This document shows, in pieces, positions 9,722 through 18,817 of a DNA stretch of 64,000 nucleotides. A model generated the notes under the pieces. It saw nothing but the letters and a program-made list of their open reading frames with translations, made no database searches and had not been told where the DNA came from. This DNA is from an uncultured delta proteobacterium (GTDB lineage: Bacteria; Desulfobacterota; Desulfobacteria; Desulfobacterales; SG8-13): positions 310,001 through 374,000 of the forward strand of contig CAWKCK010000017.1 in assembly GCA_963848135.1 (NCBI GenBank). Direction: 5' to 3'. A program made the position numbers and the translations under genes. The number at the start of each line of letters is the position of its first letter. The stretch's first letter is position 1.

Positions 9722-10756
9722 ATGCGGGCAACACCTCCTCTGACCAAAGAACGTTTTTTGAAAAACCTCGAAAAGGCCTTGCGGCTTCTGATCTGCGATC
9801 GGCTCAACGCCAACGCCGACGATGACACCCGTAAGGCGCTGGCATCCGATGTCACCGGTTTCGTCCGTCAAAACGCCGCGGAGTACTCGCTGGAAGAACT
9901 GGTGGAGACATTTTCCTCCTATGATGCCACCATCGGTCTGTTCTACGAGTTTCAGGAAGCCAAACGGTTGGTCAACCAAACGCCTGTATCCCTTCAGGAG
10001 CCGTCGCTAAAGTCCGGGCCTCGAAATTCAGCCGACCGCTGGCAGGAATCGCTTACCGGAATGGTGTTCGTCTGGGTGCCCGGCGGATCATTCGAGATGG
10101 GCAGCGGAGACTGGGACGATGAAGGGCTGGCCGATGAACAACCGGTTCACGAGGTATGGCTCGATGGTTTCTGGATGGCACAAACGCCGGTGACTGCGGC
10201 GCAGTACCGCTGTTTTACCGGAGCCAATCCGGACCACCTTTCAATGCACGCCTCTGCTGAAGCAGAAGCCAACGGTGACGATTTTCCTGTGGTGGGTGTT
10301 TCCTGGTTGGATGCCGCAGCATTTTCCCGCTGGCTGTCGCAACGATCCGGCAAACAGTTTCGGCTACCCAGTGAGGCCCAATGGGAATATGCGGCGCGCA
10401 GCGGCGGCCGGGCCGAAAAATACGCCGGAGGCGACACCGCCGGTGAAGTGGCCTGGTATGCGGATAACAGCCAGGACCGCATTCATCGCATCGCGCGTAA
10501 AAAACCCAATGGGCTGGATATCCACGACATGTGCGGAAACGTCTGTGAGTGGTGTTTGGACCACTACACCAGATCCGCCTACCGCGATCACGACGGCCAC
10601 AATCCTATTATTCAGTTAGATGACGATACCGTCCGGGTGGTACGCGGTGGAAGCTGGCGATACGGCGCAAGAGACGTGCGCTGCGCGGACCGGGGGCTAT
10701 TGGTTGCCGACCGTCGGGAAATCGACGTGGGCTTCCGGTTGATACGCTTCGCTTGA
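9722..10756 (+). CDS. Formylglycine-generating enzyme (FGE-sulfatase/SUMF1) domain protein with unknown N-terminal domain
   Basis: FEMGS, PVVGVSW, RLPSEAQWEYAAR, DMCGNVCEW, RGGSW, GFRL; start 9710 or 9722. Confidence 0.88.
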   Translation: MRATPPLTKERFLKNLEKALRLLICDRLNANADDDTRKALASDVTGFVRQNAAEYSLEELVETFSSYDATIGLFYEFQEAKRLVNQTPVSLQEPSLKSGPRNSADRWQESLTGMVFVWVPGGSFEMGSGDWDDEGLADEQPVHEVWLDGFWMAQTPVTAAQYRCFTGANPDHLSMHASAEAEANGDDFPVVGVSWLDAAAFSRWLSQRSGKQFRLPSEAQWEYAARSGGRAEKYAGGDTAGEVAWYADNSQDRIHRIARKKPNGLDIHDMCGNVCEWCLDHYTRSAYRDHDGHNPIIQLDDDTVRVVRGGSWRYGARDVRCADRGLLVADRREIDVGFRLIRFA

Positions 10757-10907
10757 ACGGGGGTTTCGCATCGATTCCGGCCATTGAGGCCGAAGCCAAG
10801 TCGTACACCCGCTGATGGTTGCCGATAAAAATACGGCATGGAACCTCTCGGAACAACGAGTTACATATGTTCGCTATGCCGTAAACGCGCACGGTACTGA
10901 TTGCGTA

Positions 10908-11468
10908 TCAACGCTGCCGCCGAGCGGCAATACCGACCCACAGGTCCCGGCGGTCCTTGTGAACGAGATCGAAACCCGCTCGGGCCAACCCGGCCTCGAC
11001 CCGGTGGGTGTTTCCAAGAATCATACCGGAACACAGCAAGAGGCCACCCGGTCGCAGTATGTCGAACAGGTCGTTGAGCAATGCGAGGATCACCCCCGGC
11101 AGAATGTTCACGGCTGCAATGTCGACCCGCCACTTCAGCGGCGCAAGCGAATCGGCGACAAAAACGGTGCCCCGGTCCGAAGGGACCCCGTTGGTCTTGA
11201 GATTGCCCCGTGCAACTCCGGCGACGGAGAAATATTTGTCGAATCCAACCGCCGTTTCAGCACCCAACCGGGCGGCAACGATCATGAGTATACCGCTACC
11301 GGTACCAACATCCAAAAAACGATCTCCCGGTTTCAGGTACCGCTGCAGCATGTCGAGGCACAATTTGGTTGTGGGATGCGCGCCAGAGCCGAAGGCCGCG
11401 TCGGTGCTCAAACACAGGTTTGCAAGTTGGATGCGGGGGGGACCGGCTTCTCCAGGATTCATTACCAT
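10908..11468 (-). CDS. PrmA-like class I SAM methyltransferase (short form)
   Basis: AFGSGAHPTT, LDVGTGSGIL, SGMI motifs; lacks the PrmA N-terminal domain. Confidence 0.8.
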   Translation of the reverse strand: MVMNPGEAGPPRIQLANLCLSTDAAFGSGAHPTTKLCLDMLQRYLKPGDRFLDVGTGSGILMIVAARLGAETAVGFDKYFSVAGVARGNLKTNGVPSDRGTVFVADSLAPLKWRVDIAAVNILPGVILALLNDLFDILRPGGLLLCSGMILGNTHRVEAGLARAGFDLVHKDRRDLWVGIAARRQR

Positions 11469-11514
11469 AGGGATTCAATCCCCCGATTCAATGACCTCCG
11501 GCAAAACTGGAGGT

Positions 11515-12336
11515 TTACCGTTGATCATTTTTAAAAACCTTTGACAGAGTCCGCTCGCCCACTTGCAAGACAAACTTTTGCAGTCGCCGTTCGGTACCCA
11601 TCTCGGCGATCTCCTTGATAACGGCTATTTTGGCCAAAACGGACTTTCGCGCCCCGAACAGCGCGGCCATCAAAAAATAGCTGAAATCCGAGTGATAGTG
11701 TTTTTCGAAAAGGTCGCGCCAATGCCCCAAGGGCTCGTCCAGGGCGTATACCTCCGACAGCACGTTCATGATCGCTTTGTCTGAAGGCGGGTGATCGGCA
11801 TCGCTGTGCACCCGGGTGCAGTAATCCATTTCAAAAGCCACAGCACCGGCAGGAACCTGGATGCCAAGATCATGCCAGTTGCGGATAAGGGCCTTTTTGC
11901 CGTCACGGTGCTGTCGTGTTTTAGCCTTTCCAGCCGCAGCACTCCAAAGCCCGTAAGCCCTACAGGCAAAGGGTCTATGGTGGTAGACGCTACACTCCCC
12001 CGCCTCCAGAAATGGACAACCAGGCTGTTGCAAGGGTGTGACCAGGTAAAACGCTACGAACCGGCGTGTCAGTGCCACACGGTGATCCTCCGGCAGACCG
12101 GCCAGAACATCGATCCACTGCAAAGCCTCCAAAAGCGTCATCTCCGGCATGAAGCGGCAGCAGATTCCGGGGGTTGGGCAATCGCATCGGGTCGACGGCA
12201 ACCGAAGGTACAACCCCTGGAGGGCATCAAAGGAGCCCCTCCCCGGGTCAAGGGCGCTCTGAATGTCAGCATGTGTCAACATGGGAATTCCATTGGTGTG
12301 GGTAACAAAGAGGTCACTGTCGCACGGATCCGCCAT
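11515..12336 (-). CDS. YkgJ/FliB-like cysteine-cluster (putative Fe-S/Zn) protein
   Basis: CDCPTPGICC...CPFL...CSVYHHRPFACRAYG; start may be 12282. Confidence 0.8.
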   Translation of the reverse strand: MADPCDSDLFVTHTNGIPMLTHADIQSALDPGRGSFDALQGLYLRLPSTRCDCPTPGICCRFMPEMTLLEALQWIDVLAGLPEDHRVALTRRFVAFYLVTPLQQPGCPFLEAGECSVYHHRPFACRAYGLWSAAAGKAKTRQHRDGKKALIRNWHDLGIQVPAGAVAFEMDYCTRVHSDADHPPSDKAIMNVLSEVYALDEPLGHWRDLFEKHYHSDFSYFLMAALFGARKSVLAKIAVIKEIAEMGTERRLQKFVLQVGERTLSKVFKNDQR

Positions 12337-12375
12337 GCGGGATAAGAAGGCCGTTCGGAAGGTTCCATCCAGGAC

Positions 12376-13356
12376 TCAGCAGCATTTGTAAAGCCGCAGC
12401 AGACGCTCATCCATCACAAAGTAGAATTTCATAAAGGACGAGCCGTCCCAGCGTGTCCGCACACCGTGCAGGGTATCGGCCAATTCGATGGTGCTCCGCA
12501 GATGGGTTATCATTATCAGTTGGGTATTGGCGGCCACATCCTTCAGAAAGGCCTGCATCGACTTGTGGTGGCTGTAATCCAACGACGGCTCGACTTCGTC
12601 CAACAGATAAAACGGGTTGTCCAGCTGGTTGAATACGGCCAATTTCAAGGCGAGGCTCGTGATCGCTTTTTCACCGCCGGACAACTGGTGAGCCCGGCGA
12701 ACGCGGTTACCCGGCAGTGTGACCTCGATATCAAGGCCTTTACGCCCATTATGCGCCGGCAGCTCGAGTCGTACTTCAGCCAGCGGAATGAGATATTGCA
12801 TATAGCGCCGCAGACAATCGGCAATGGCGTCTCGCATATGCTCTGAAAAATCCGTCGTGGAATCCAAATCCAGCAAGGCACAGATTCTCTCGAAACGCAT
12901 GGCAGGATCGAGAAGCAGGATATCGTTTATTTGCTCCTGTCTGATGATGGTTTTAAGCGCATGATTCAGTTTGTAGGTCGATAGTATCTGGCGGTATTCG
13001 GACAAGCGATAACATTGGTCTCCGACATAGCAACGGTTTCCACCGTCCCGGTCAAATTCCCGCCGAAGCTTGAGTTTTGTGGCGTCTTCTTCTTTTCCTT
13101 GTTTGAATGTCAAATTCACCGCAATCCGGTCGGCTGGCGGATAGTCCTTGCTTCCAGCGAAAAACAGTTCTTTGTCGTCGTAACAGCGGACGCGATCAAG
13201 CTCATTTTCACCCAGAGCCCAGACGATGGCATCCAGAATGTTCGATTTACCGACCCCGTTGTTTCCAATAATAACGCTGATTCCGGGCTGAAAGCCCATA
13301 TTGGTATTTTCGGAGAAAGACTTAAAGCCTTCGATATTCACATCTTCAAGATACAT
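12376..13356 (-). CDS. Short SMC-head-like ABC ATPase without coiled coil or hinge
   Basis: IEGFKSF, Walker A GNNGVGKSN, Q-loop IIRQ, LSGGEK, LLDEVE, ITH in only 326 aa; ends KCC. Confidence 0.85.
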   Translation of the reverse strand: MYLEDVNIEGFKSFSENTNMGFQPGISVIIGNNGVGKSNILDAIVWALGENELDRVRCYDDKELFFAGSKDYPPADRIAVNLTFKQGKEEDATKLKLRREFDRDGGNRCYVGDQCYRLSEYRQILSTYKLNHALKTIIRQEQINDILLLDPAMRFERICALLDLDSTTDFSEHMRDAIADCLRRYMQYLIPLAEVRLELPAHNGRKGLDIEVTLPGNRVRRAHQLSGGEKAITSLALKLAVFNQLDNPFYLLDEVEPSLDYSHHKSMQAFLKDVAANTQLIMITHLRSTIELADTLHGVRTRWDGSSFMKFYFVMDERLLRLYKCC

Positions 13357-13654
13357 TACAGCTGCCTTTATTTTTGTTCCCGTAACGTCGTTGGATATCC
13401 GCAATCAACTCTTCCTGCATAGGAATCAGGGATTCGTAGACCAGCTCACCGTCCAAGGCGACGCTCGGCAACGATTTGGCTTTCAGTTCCCTGAAGCGCT
13501 GCACCCCTTCGCGCGTGCGCATGTCCCACTCGTGAACCTCGATAATCTTCTGTATTTCTTCCGGTAAAACCTTTACCGACTCCGCCATGTAGACGCAGGC
13601 CACTCACTGGTTGAAATCGGTCAAAAGGACATCTACAATAACCGGTTGGGTCAT
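13346..13654 (-). CDS. Probable selenoprotein: small thioredoxin-fold protein with UxxC motif
   Basis: GGAGG RBS, ATG 13654, MTQPVIVDVLLTDFNQ-TGA(13606-13604)-VACVYMAE...LPSVALDGEL, all in one frame. Confidence 0.82.
13562..13578 (-). promoter_or_regulatory. Putative bacterial SECIS apical hairpin
   Basis: mRNA CGGUAAA-GGU-UUUACCG stem-loop, loop about 32 nt 3' of the in-frame UGA. Confidence 0.6.
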
Positions 13655-13852
13655 GTCCCCTCCAGAAAACTCTTTCGTTCCCATTCACAAACGGTTGATA
13701 GCGCTTCAGAGCGCCCTTCGCATCAATGGGTTTATCTCTGTTTATGCCGCAGAACAAATAATGGCGGCTGCAACGAACTGAATGGCGCCGCAGCCGGCAA
13801 TTTTCAGAGAATACGGCCCAGTGGAGACACCCTCATTGGTGGTTGAACACTA

Positions 13853-14767
13853 TTATACCTGTATGACTTCGAACCGGGCATTACCATCGATGGATTCCAG
13901 CAATCCCCAGTTCAATCCATTCTGGTCGACAGCGGGACCGACACTGAGAAAATCCTTGCCGCCCACCGGCCAATGCCCCCACTGCCTGATCTGGCTGAAT
14001 ATAACGATATCCCCCTGGAATTGGGGAATCATGGCTTCAAGGGCAGGAAAAACCGATTCATCCTGCATGAAATCCGTCAGGTTGCATACCATATTCATCT
14101 CAAGCGCAAAAGGCTCGAAATCGGAGAAGCCGGGCAGTCTCAGAAGGTAATCACCAAAAAAAGCGATGCTTATTTTCGTGCCGAGATGGAACGTCAGCAC
14201 CTGTGGAAGTTGGATCAGCCAGTCCTGAATCTTCCGATCGGAAAAAGTCCAGTCATTCTCCCCCTGAATGGCCACGACTTCGTGCTTCCGAACCAAATTG
14301 ACCAATCGCTTGATATCGTTCCGTGTCGCATCCCCCGTCAGGTTGCCAAGAGAATAAATGGCTTCCACTCCGGCATCGGACATGTTGTCTATGATTTGTT
14401 CGAAAGCATCCGGGTTGCCGACCAAATCCCCTATGAGACCGACACGATATCGGGTTGATGGGTCGTTAAAAAGACGGAATGATTCAGCGGGGGCCATCCG
14501 TCCATCCATAGCCGCTGTGATAGCGACGGCCAGTTGATCCGGGCACGACGTCCCATTGCGACACTCTATTCCCCCAATGAACTGCAGGACGTCATCAATG
14601 GGGCGGCCGCGCAACAACCGGGCGACCAACTGAGCGTTTCCGGGGCAACCGCCACCCACGAAACGGAGGTCAGTCAAAATATCTTGCTGCAATTGAAAAT
14701 GAATCTCGGGTGGGCAGACACCAGTGGTTTTGAATATGAAACGTTGAAGTTTCGGGCTTTCACTCAT
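13853..14767 (-). CDS. TSCPD (TIGR03905-like) domain fused to degenerate metallophosphoesterase domain
   Basis: GVC..EI, GGGCPGN, GIECRNGTSCPDQLA; then IGDLVGN, LGNLTG, QGEND. Confidence 0.78.
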   Translation of the reverse strand: MSESPKLQRFIFKTTGVCPPEIHFQLQQDILTDLRFVGGGCPGNAQLVARLLRGRPIDDVLQFIGGIECRNGTSCPDQLAVAITAAMDGRMAPAESFRLFNDPSTRYRVGLIGDLVGNPDAFEQIIDNMSDAGVEAIYSLGNLTGDATRNDIKRLVNLVRKHEVVAIQGENDWTFSDRKIQDWLIQLPQVLTFHLGTKISIAFFGDYLLRLPGFSDFEPFALEMNMVCNLTDFMQDESVFPALEAMIPQFQGDIVIFSQIRQWGHWPVGGKDFLSVGPAVDQNGLNWGLLESIDGNARFEVIQV

Positions 14768-15224
14768 CTCAGTGCGAATTCTTCACAGTGTTCAGGGTGG
14801 ATCTCAGCAAACTGTAAGCCCCGAGTTGAACCGGGCGGGTGAATATCATCGTGCTGGCAGTTATATGAGATATTGATCCAATATACATATTACCTAAAAT
14901 TTGAAACCCGTCGGGATTGCCGATCTTTATCCGCCTCTGGAGGGTTGCCGCATCTACGGCGTCATATGCCGTACCGAATAACTGACTATAGCGGAACGAC
15001 ATCTTCCTTGTACCTGCGGCAACCTCGACAATCGCTCAAATTAGTTATTAGTTACTACAGGCGTGCAATAATTAAAATCGTCCAAAAGTTGATTTTTTTA
15101 TCGGTTGAAATCCGTTTAAAATTGAAGCCGGACAAAAGGGGTCGTTTTTTTACACAGGATGTTGCATGGTACTTTTCGACTGGCATTCGACAGGGTTATA
15201 GAAGAACCAGCCCCCCATATTGTA

Positions 15225-15253
15225 TTGACAAAATCAAAGAGTTTCATTACTTT
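15225..15253 (+). promoter_or_regulatory. Possible sigma70 promoter
   Basis: TTGACA-17 nt-TACTTT upstream of the 15518 gene. Confidence 0.4.
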
Positions 15254-15517
15254 ATAGTCACAATACTAAAGTGTTAGCTCTTCTCGAAAACGAATTGTAC
15301 AGGACACTTCTCTTCTGGCATGAATTCTTGGTTTATCTCTATTTCAATCTCGTGTACTCGTTCAAAATTGTATGAGCGATAGATCTTTCGCTGGCCGCAT
15401 TGTGCTCCCCAATTGTCTACTTACTCAAGCTGCTCCGCCGGCTTTTGTTTTACAACCTACATCACGGTTTTGATATGATTGGCAGTGAATATTATCTGTG
15501 AAAGGAGGGGGTTAAAG

Positions 15518-16177
15518 ATGGCGGTCAAATTTAATCAATATTGGCGGCTAAACAGGGAGGCCATTGGGGATTACGAAAAGTTTCTTCTCAAGGAATTTGT
15601 CCCGGGTATGAACAAGCTTGGCATACACGTTGTGGCCGGTTGGTCGGTATTGGTTGGTGGCTACAGTGAATTTCTCGTTGAAGGTGTCAGCAGTGACTTG
15701 CACGATCTGGAAGTGGCCTTGAAAAGCCCTAAATACCGAGAACTTAACACTCAATTGCTCAATCATGTCAACACCTACAAAACCAAGGTTCTGATCCAAG
15801 ATGGAGCAAAAGATACGTACACCACCGAATACAGGGAAAACACGGTTAAATTCACGCAGATGTGGGATATCATCAGCCGGAAGAAAACCGACTACAAAAA
15901 TTTTGTCACCGGAAGCTTCGGCCCCTTGCTGGAATCTCTGGGAATCCACATTGCCGGGGAGTGGGAAGTTCTCATCGGAGACGGGCCCCGGATCATTTAT
16001 GAAGGCAGAGCCCACGATATGGGTTCATTGATCGGGAACTTGCAAAGCGACAAGTTTCGAGCCGCGAAAAAAGAGCTCAAACATTACATTGAGAACTATG
16101 AAAGCCGCCTACTGACCTTCCACCTTCAAAAAATGAAAGGATACAAATCCGCCAGCTATCGCTTGATCTCATTTTGA
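15518..16177 (+). CDS. Hypothetical protein with two tandem NIPSNAP-like repeats
   Basis: AAGGAGG RBS; internal duplication VKFNQYW..LGIHVVAGW / VKFTQMW..LGIHIAGEW. Confidence 0.7.
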   Translation: MAVKFNQYWRLNREAIGDYEKFLLKEFVPGMNKLGIHVVAGWSVLVGGYSEFLVEGVSSDLHDLEVALKSPKYRELNTQLLNHVNTYKTKVLIQDGAKDTYTTEYRENTVKFTQMWDIISRKKTDYKNFVTGSFGPLLESLGIHIAGEWEVLIGDGPRIIYEGRAHDMGSLIGNLQSDKFRAAKKELKHYIENYESRLLTFHLQKMKGYKSASYRLISF

Positions 16178-16373
16178 CGAACGAATTTTTTCTAAACCAT
16201 TTGACGCAACAATTAGAAGCTATCTCAAAAAAGTTTTTTCCCCCAATCTCCGTGTTGAATCCGAGTTTCAAGTCCTCGACATACTTCAGTATGCCTGCGG
16301 GCTGAAACTCGGATCCGCCTTGACCTTGGACCAAAATCCTAATTTTGAGATGGCTTCTCGTACAATGATAGCG

Positions 16374-16955
16374 CTAGAACAAATCTTCTTTTCCGCCGCA
16401 CAGTATGATCAGGTGGGAAAAGGCCCGGGCAATTTTTTCTCCCTGCCCTTTTGAAAATTTGATACTGATTGCGTCTACCGCCCGGCTGTCGGTGGTCCAT
16501 TTCCCCTTGGCATCTTTGCGATACTTTGCGTCCAGCGTAACATCCAGCCCGTCATTTGATGTAAATATTATCAACCGATCGGCAGCGGTCTTTATATTCG
16601 ATGGATTCAGTTTGGCAATCGGCACCGTCAGGGTCTTATCCAGTACCTTGTCTTCATTTTCCATCTTTGTCTCTTTAATCGTCATAACGCAGTCTTTGAT
16701 GGTGGCGTTTTGAACGTGGCTCACGTTTAACTTTATCATTTTCGACTCGGTGCGTATCGACATTGAACTGGTTTTTAAATTGACATCATTGATACGCTCG
16801 AGAAGGTATTCTATCGTTCGATCCTTTGATGGCTCGGTTTGGTCAGTTGGCGGCTCGGCTTGGTCCTGTGATGACGCGGCGCCTGACGGTATAACGAGAA
16901 AAACAAAGAAAAGAAACAGGATAGCAATCAACTCTCTGCGGCACATCTTACCCAT
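16374..16955 (-). CDS. Hypothetical exported protein
   Basis: Signal-peptide-like hydrophobic N-terminus; about 193 aa. Confidence 0.6.
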   Translation of the reverse strand: MGKMCRRELIAILFLFFVFLVIPSGAASSQDQAEPPTDQTEPSKDRTIEYLLERINDVNLKTSSMSIRTESKMIKLNVSHVQNATIKDCVMTIKETKMENEDKVLDKTLTVPIAKLNPSNIKTAADRLIIFTSNDGLDVTLDAKYRKDAKGKWTTDSRAVDAISIKFSKGQGEKIARAFSHLIILCGGKEDLF

Positions 16956-17165
16956 GAGCACCCCCCATGCACGTTTTTTCCTGCGTTCGAGTTCCGGATC
17001 CTCTGCCCGAGTTATCGATTCAAATTTTCAAATCCGGGGTTGTATGTCAACCAATTTAACCGAGCGGAATGGATAACCTTCTCATAACGGAAGGTTTTTG
17101 GACAACCACTCAAGCACGGAAATTGAAAGTACCATCAGCAAGAGCAAAAACCGCTATGGCCGTAT

Positions 17166-18404
17166 TCAAGGCAGCCTACGGCGGCGCTGAATGGCTCCGG
17201 CCACCACATACCACAACCAGGTGAGTCCCTGGGCGACGAGCATGACCATAAAGGCCGCCCGATATCCTTCCGGTGCGTAACCGCCGCCCGCAGTAACCGG
17301 CCAAACCTCGATCACAGAGCCGATTCCCCACTGGGCCGTAAATGCGACCACAAAGACCAGCAGGTTAAGAGCCGTGTTGACTCGACCGGAAAGGTGGGCG
17401 GGAAAGCTCTGAGACAACACCGCATAAGGTAAGATTCCGGAGGTACCGAAGAATCCAAAAAGCACCCACAGCGGAACTGAGGCCACAGTGAATTCGAAGA
17501 TGAGCAGCAGCAAAACCATCATGAATAGCGACATCCCGGCAATGGCAACCGTGATTGGCTTGATTCCGCAGCGGCTCAGGCGCTCAGCGATTGCCCCTAG
17601 AAGAATAAAACCGGCAACCATGGCGGTGGCTACCAGGAAAAGGGTGCCGGCAACGTTCGATCGATCGAATCCCGCCACATCACGCAACCAGGGACCCGCC
17701 CACAGCCCCTGTATCGATAGAAAGGTCGCCTGAGAGAGGGTAGTCAACGGTGCAATTCTCCAGAATACCAGACTGGAGAACACGCTTTTTGTCCCGCGAA
17801 TTTGATCTGAGAATTTTATAGGTCCACCCGCAACGGGCTTTTCAGGCACAATAAAGTACACGGCAGCGGCAATGACAAGGGTCAAAACCGCCAGCCCCGT
17901 AAAAACACCGCGCCAGTCCGTCAACACCAGGGCCGCTTCAACCGGAGCCGTTGCTGCCAGGGCACCCAATCCGCCGGCCGCCATCTGGAACCCGTTGATC
18001 AGCGGCAGTTGTTCCCGCGGGTACCACATCACATAGGCTTTGAAGGCTGCCATCAAACAGGCCGACACACCGAAGCCAATAAAGGCCCGCCCGATAATGA
18101 GCCCGGTAAGGCTACCAGCCGATGCGAACAACCATGCGCCAACACTGGCGAAAATCAATAGAAAAGCTTCAATCTTACGGGGACCGTATCGGTCGAGAAG
18201 AACACCCAGAGGCAATTGAAAAGCGGCAAAGGTAATGAAATACGCTGAGGTAAGCAAACCCAGTTCGGAAGGATCGACACCGATATCGGCCACCAGATCC
18301 GGGGCGATAACAGAGTTCACGACGCGGTAAAGGTAGGAGAGAAAATACCCCAGCGCAAACGGGATAAAAACCCGCAGCTGGCTGCCGATGCTATATTTTT
18401 TCAC
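17166..18404 (-). CDS. MFS transporter
   Basis: About 12 hydrophobic segments; GVLLDRYGPRK motif A. Confidence 0.92.
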   Translation of the reverse strand: MKKYSIGSQLRVFIPFALGYFLSYLYRVVNSVIAPDLVADIGVDPSELGLLTSAYFITFAAFQLPLGVLLDRYGPRKIEAFLLIFASVGAWLFASAGSLTGLIIGRAFIGFGVSACLMAAFKAYVMWYPREQLPLINGFQMAAGGLGALAATAPVEAALVLTDWRGVFTGLAVLTLVIAAAVYFIVPEKPVAGGPIKFSDQIRGTKSVFSSLVFWRIAPLTTLSQATFLSIQGLWAGPWLRDVAGFDRSNVAGTLFLVATAMVAGFILLGAIAERLSRCGIKPITVAIAGMSLFMMVLLLLIFEFTVASVPLWVLFGFFGTSGILPYAVLSQSFPAHLSGRVNTALNLLVFVVAFTAQWGIGSVIEVWPVTAGGGYAPEGYRAAFMVMLVAQGLTWLWYVVAGAIQRRRRLP

Positions 18405-18817
18405 ATCCAGCTCCAGGGTTTACCGGTATCAGAATACATTGGCCACATGTCTTTTCCGCAATCGTCGGTCAGCCGAAGGTTTGGTATAGTTAATTCAGGC
18501 AAATATCCGGCAAACGATCCAGCCCCATTCCAGCCGGGAACGATCGCCACCCCGGAAGGTTAAGCCTCCGGCACCAAGGTGGCGGTCGGAAGGCAGATCA
18601 ATGAGGGTAGTTATCAGAAGGCGGCACCGACGGCAAGATCCATGTTACCCTTGGATTATTAGGAATGTTGTCAGCACAACAATGGATCCGAGCGGTTTTC
18701 TGATTTGACAGGGTTACAATAATAATCTACGTATCCATGCATCCATCGACTGAATCCGGTTCGCCTGTTTGTCGCCACGCCACGCCGGATCCTCGTCGCA
18801 TACGTTTACAGTATGGC

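Noticed and set aside
11469..11528. In-frame ATG (11528) and TGA (11477-11475) upstream of the PrmA-like ORF: possible second Sec codon or nonsense mutation
   Set aside because: No Cys/redox motif context or clear SECIS, and a GGGGGA RBS-like sequence precedes ATG 11468, so a normal start explains it
10815..11534. 239-aa plus-strand ORF
   Set aside because: Antisense to the PrmA-like gene, which has the clear motifs
12376..14767. Interpretation as canonical SbcCD, Wadjet or another SMC-based defence system
   Set aside because: The ATPase lacks coiled coils, the esterase lacks catalytic residues, and no kleisin/KITE or nuclease partner is visible
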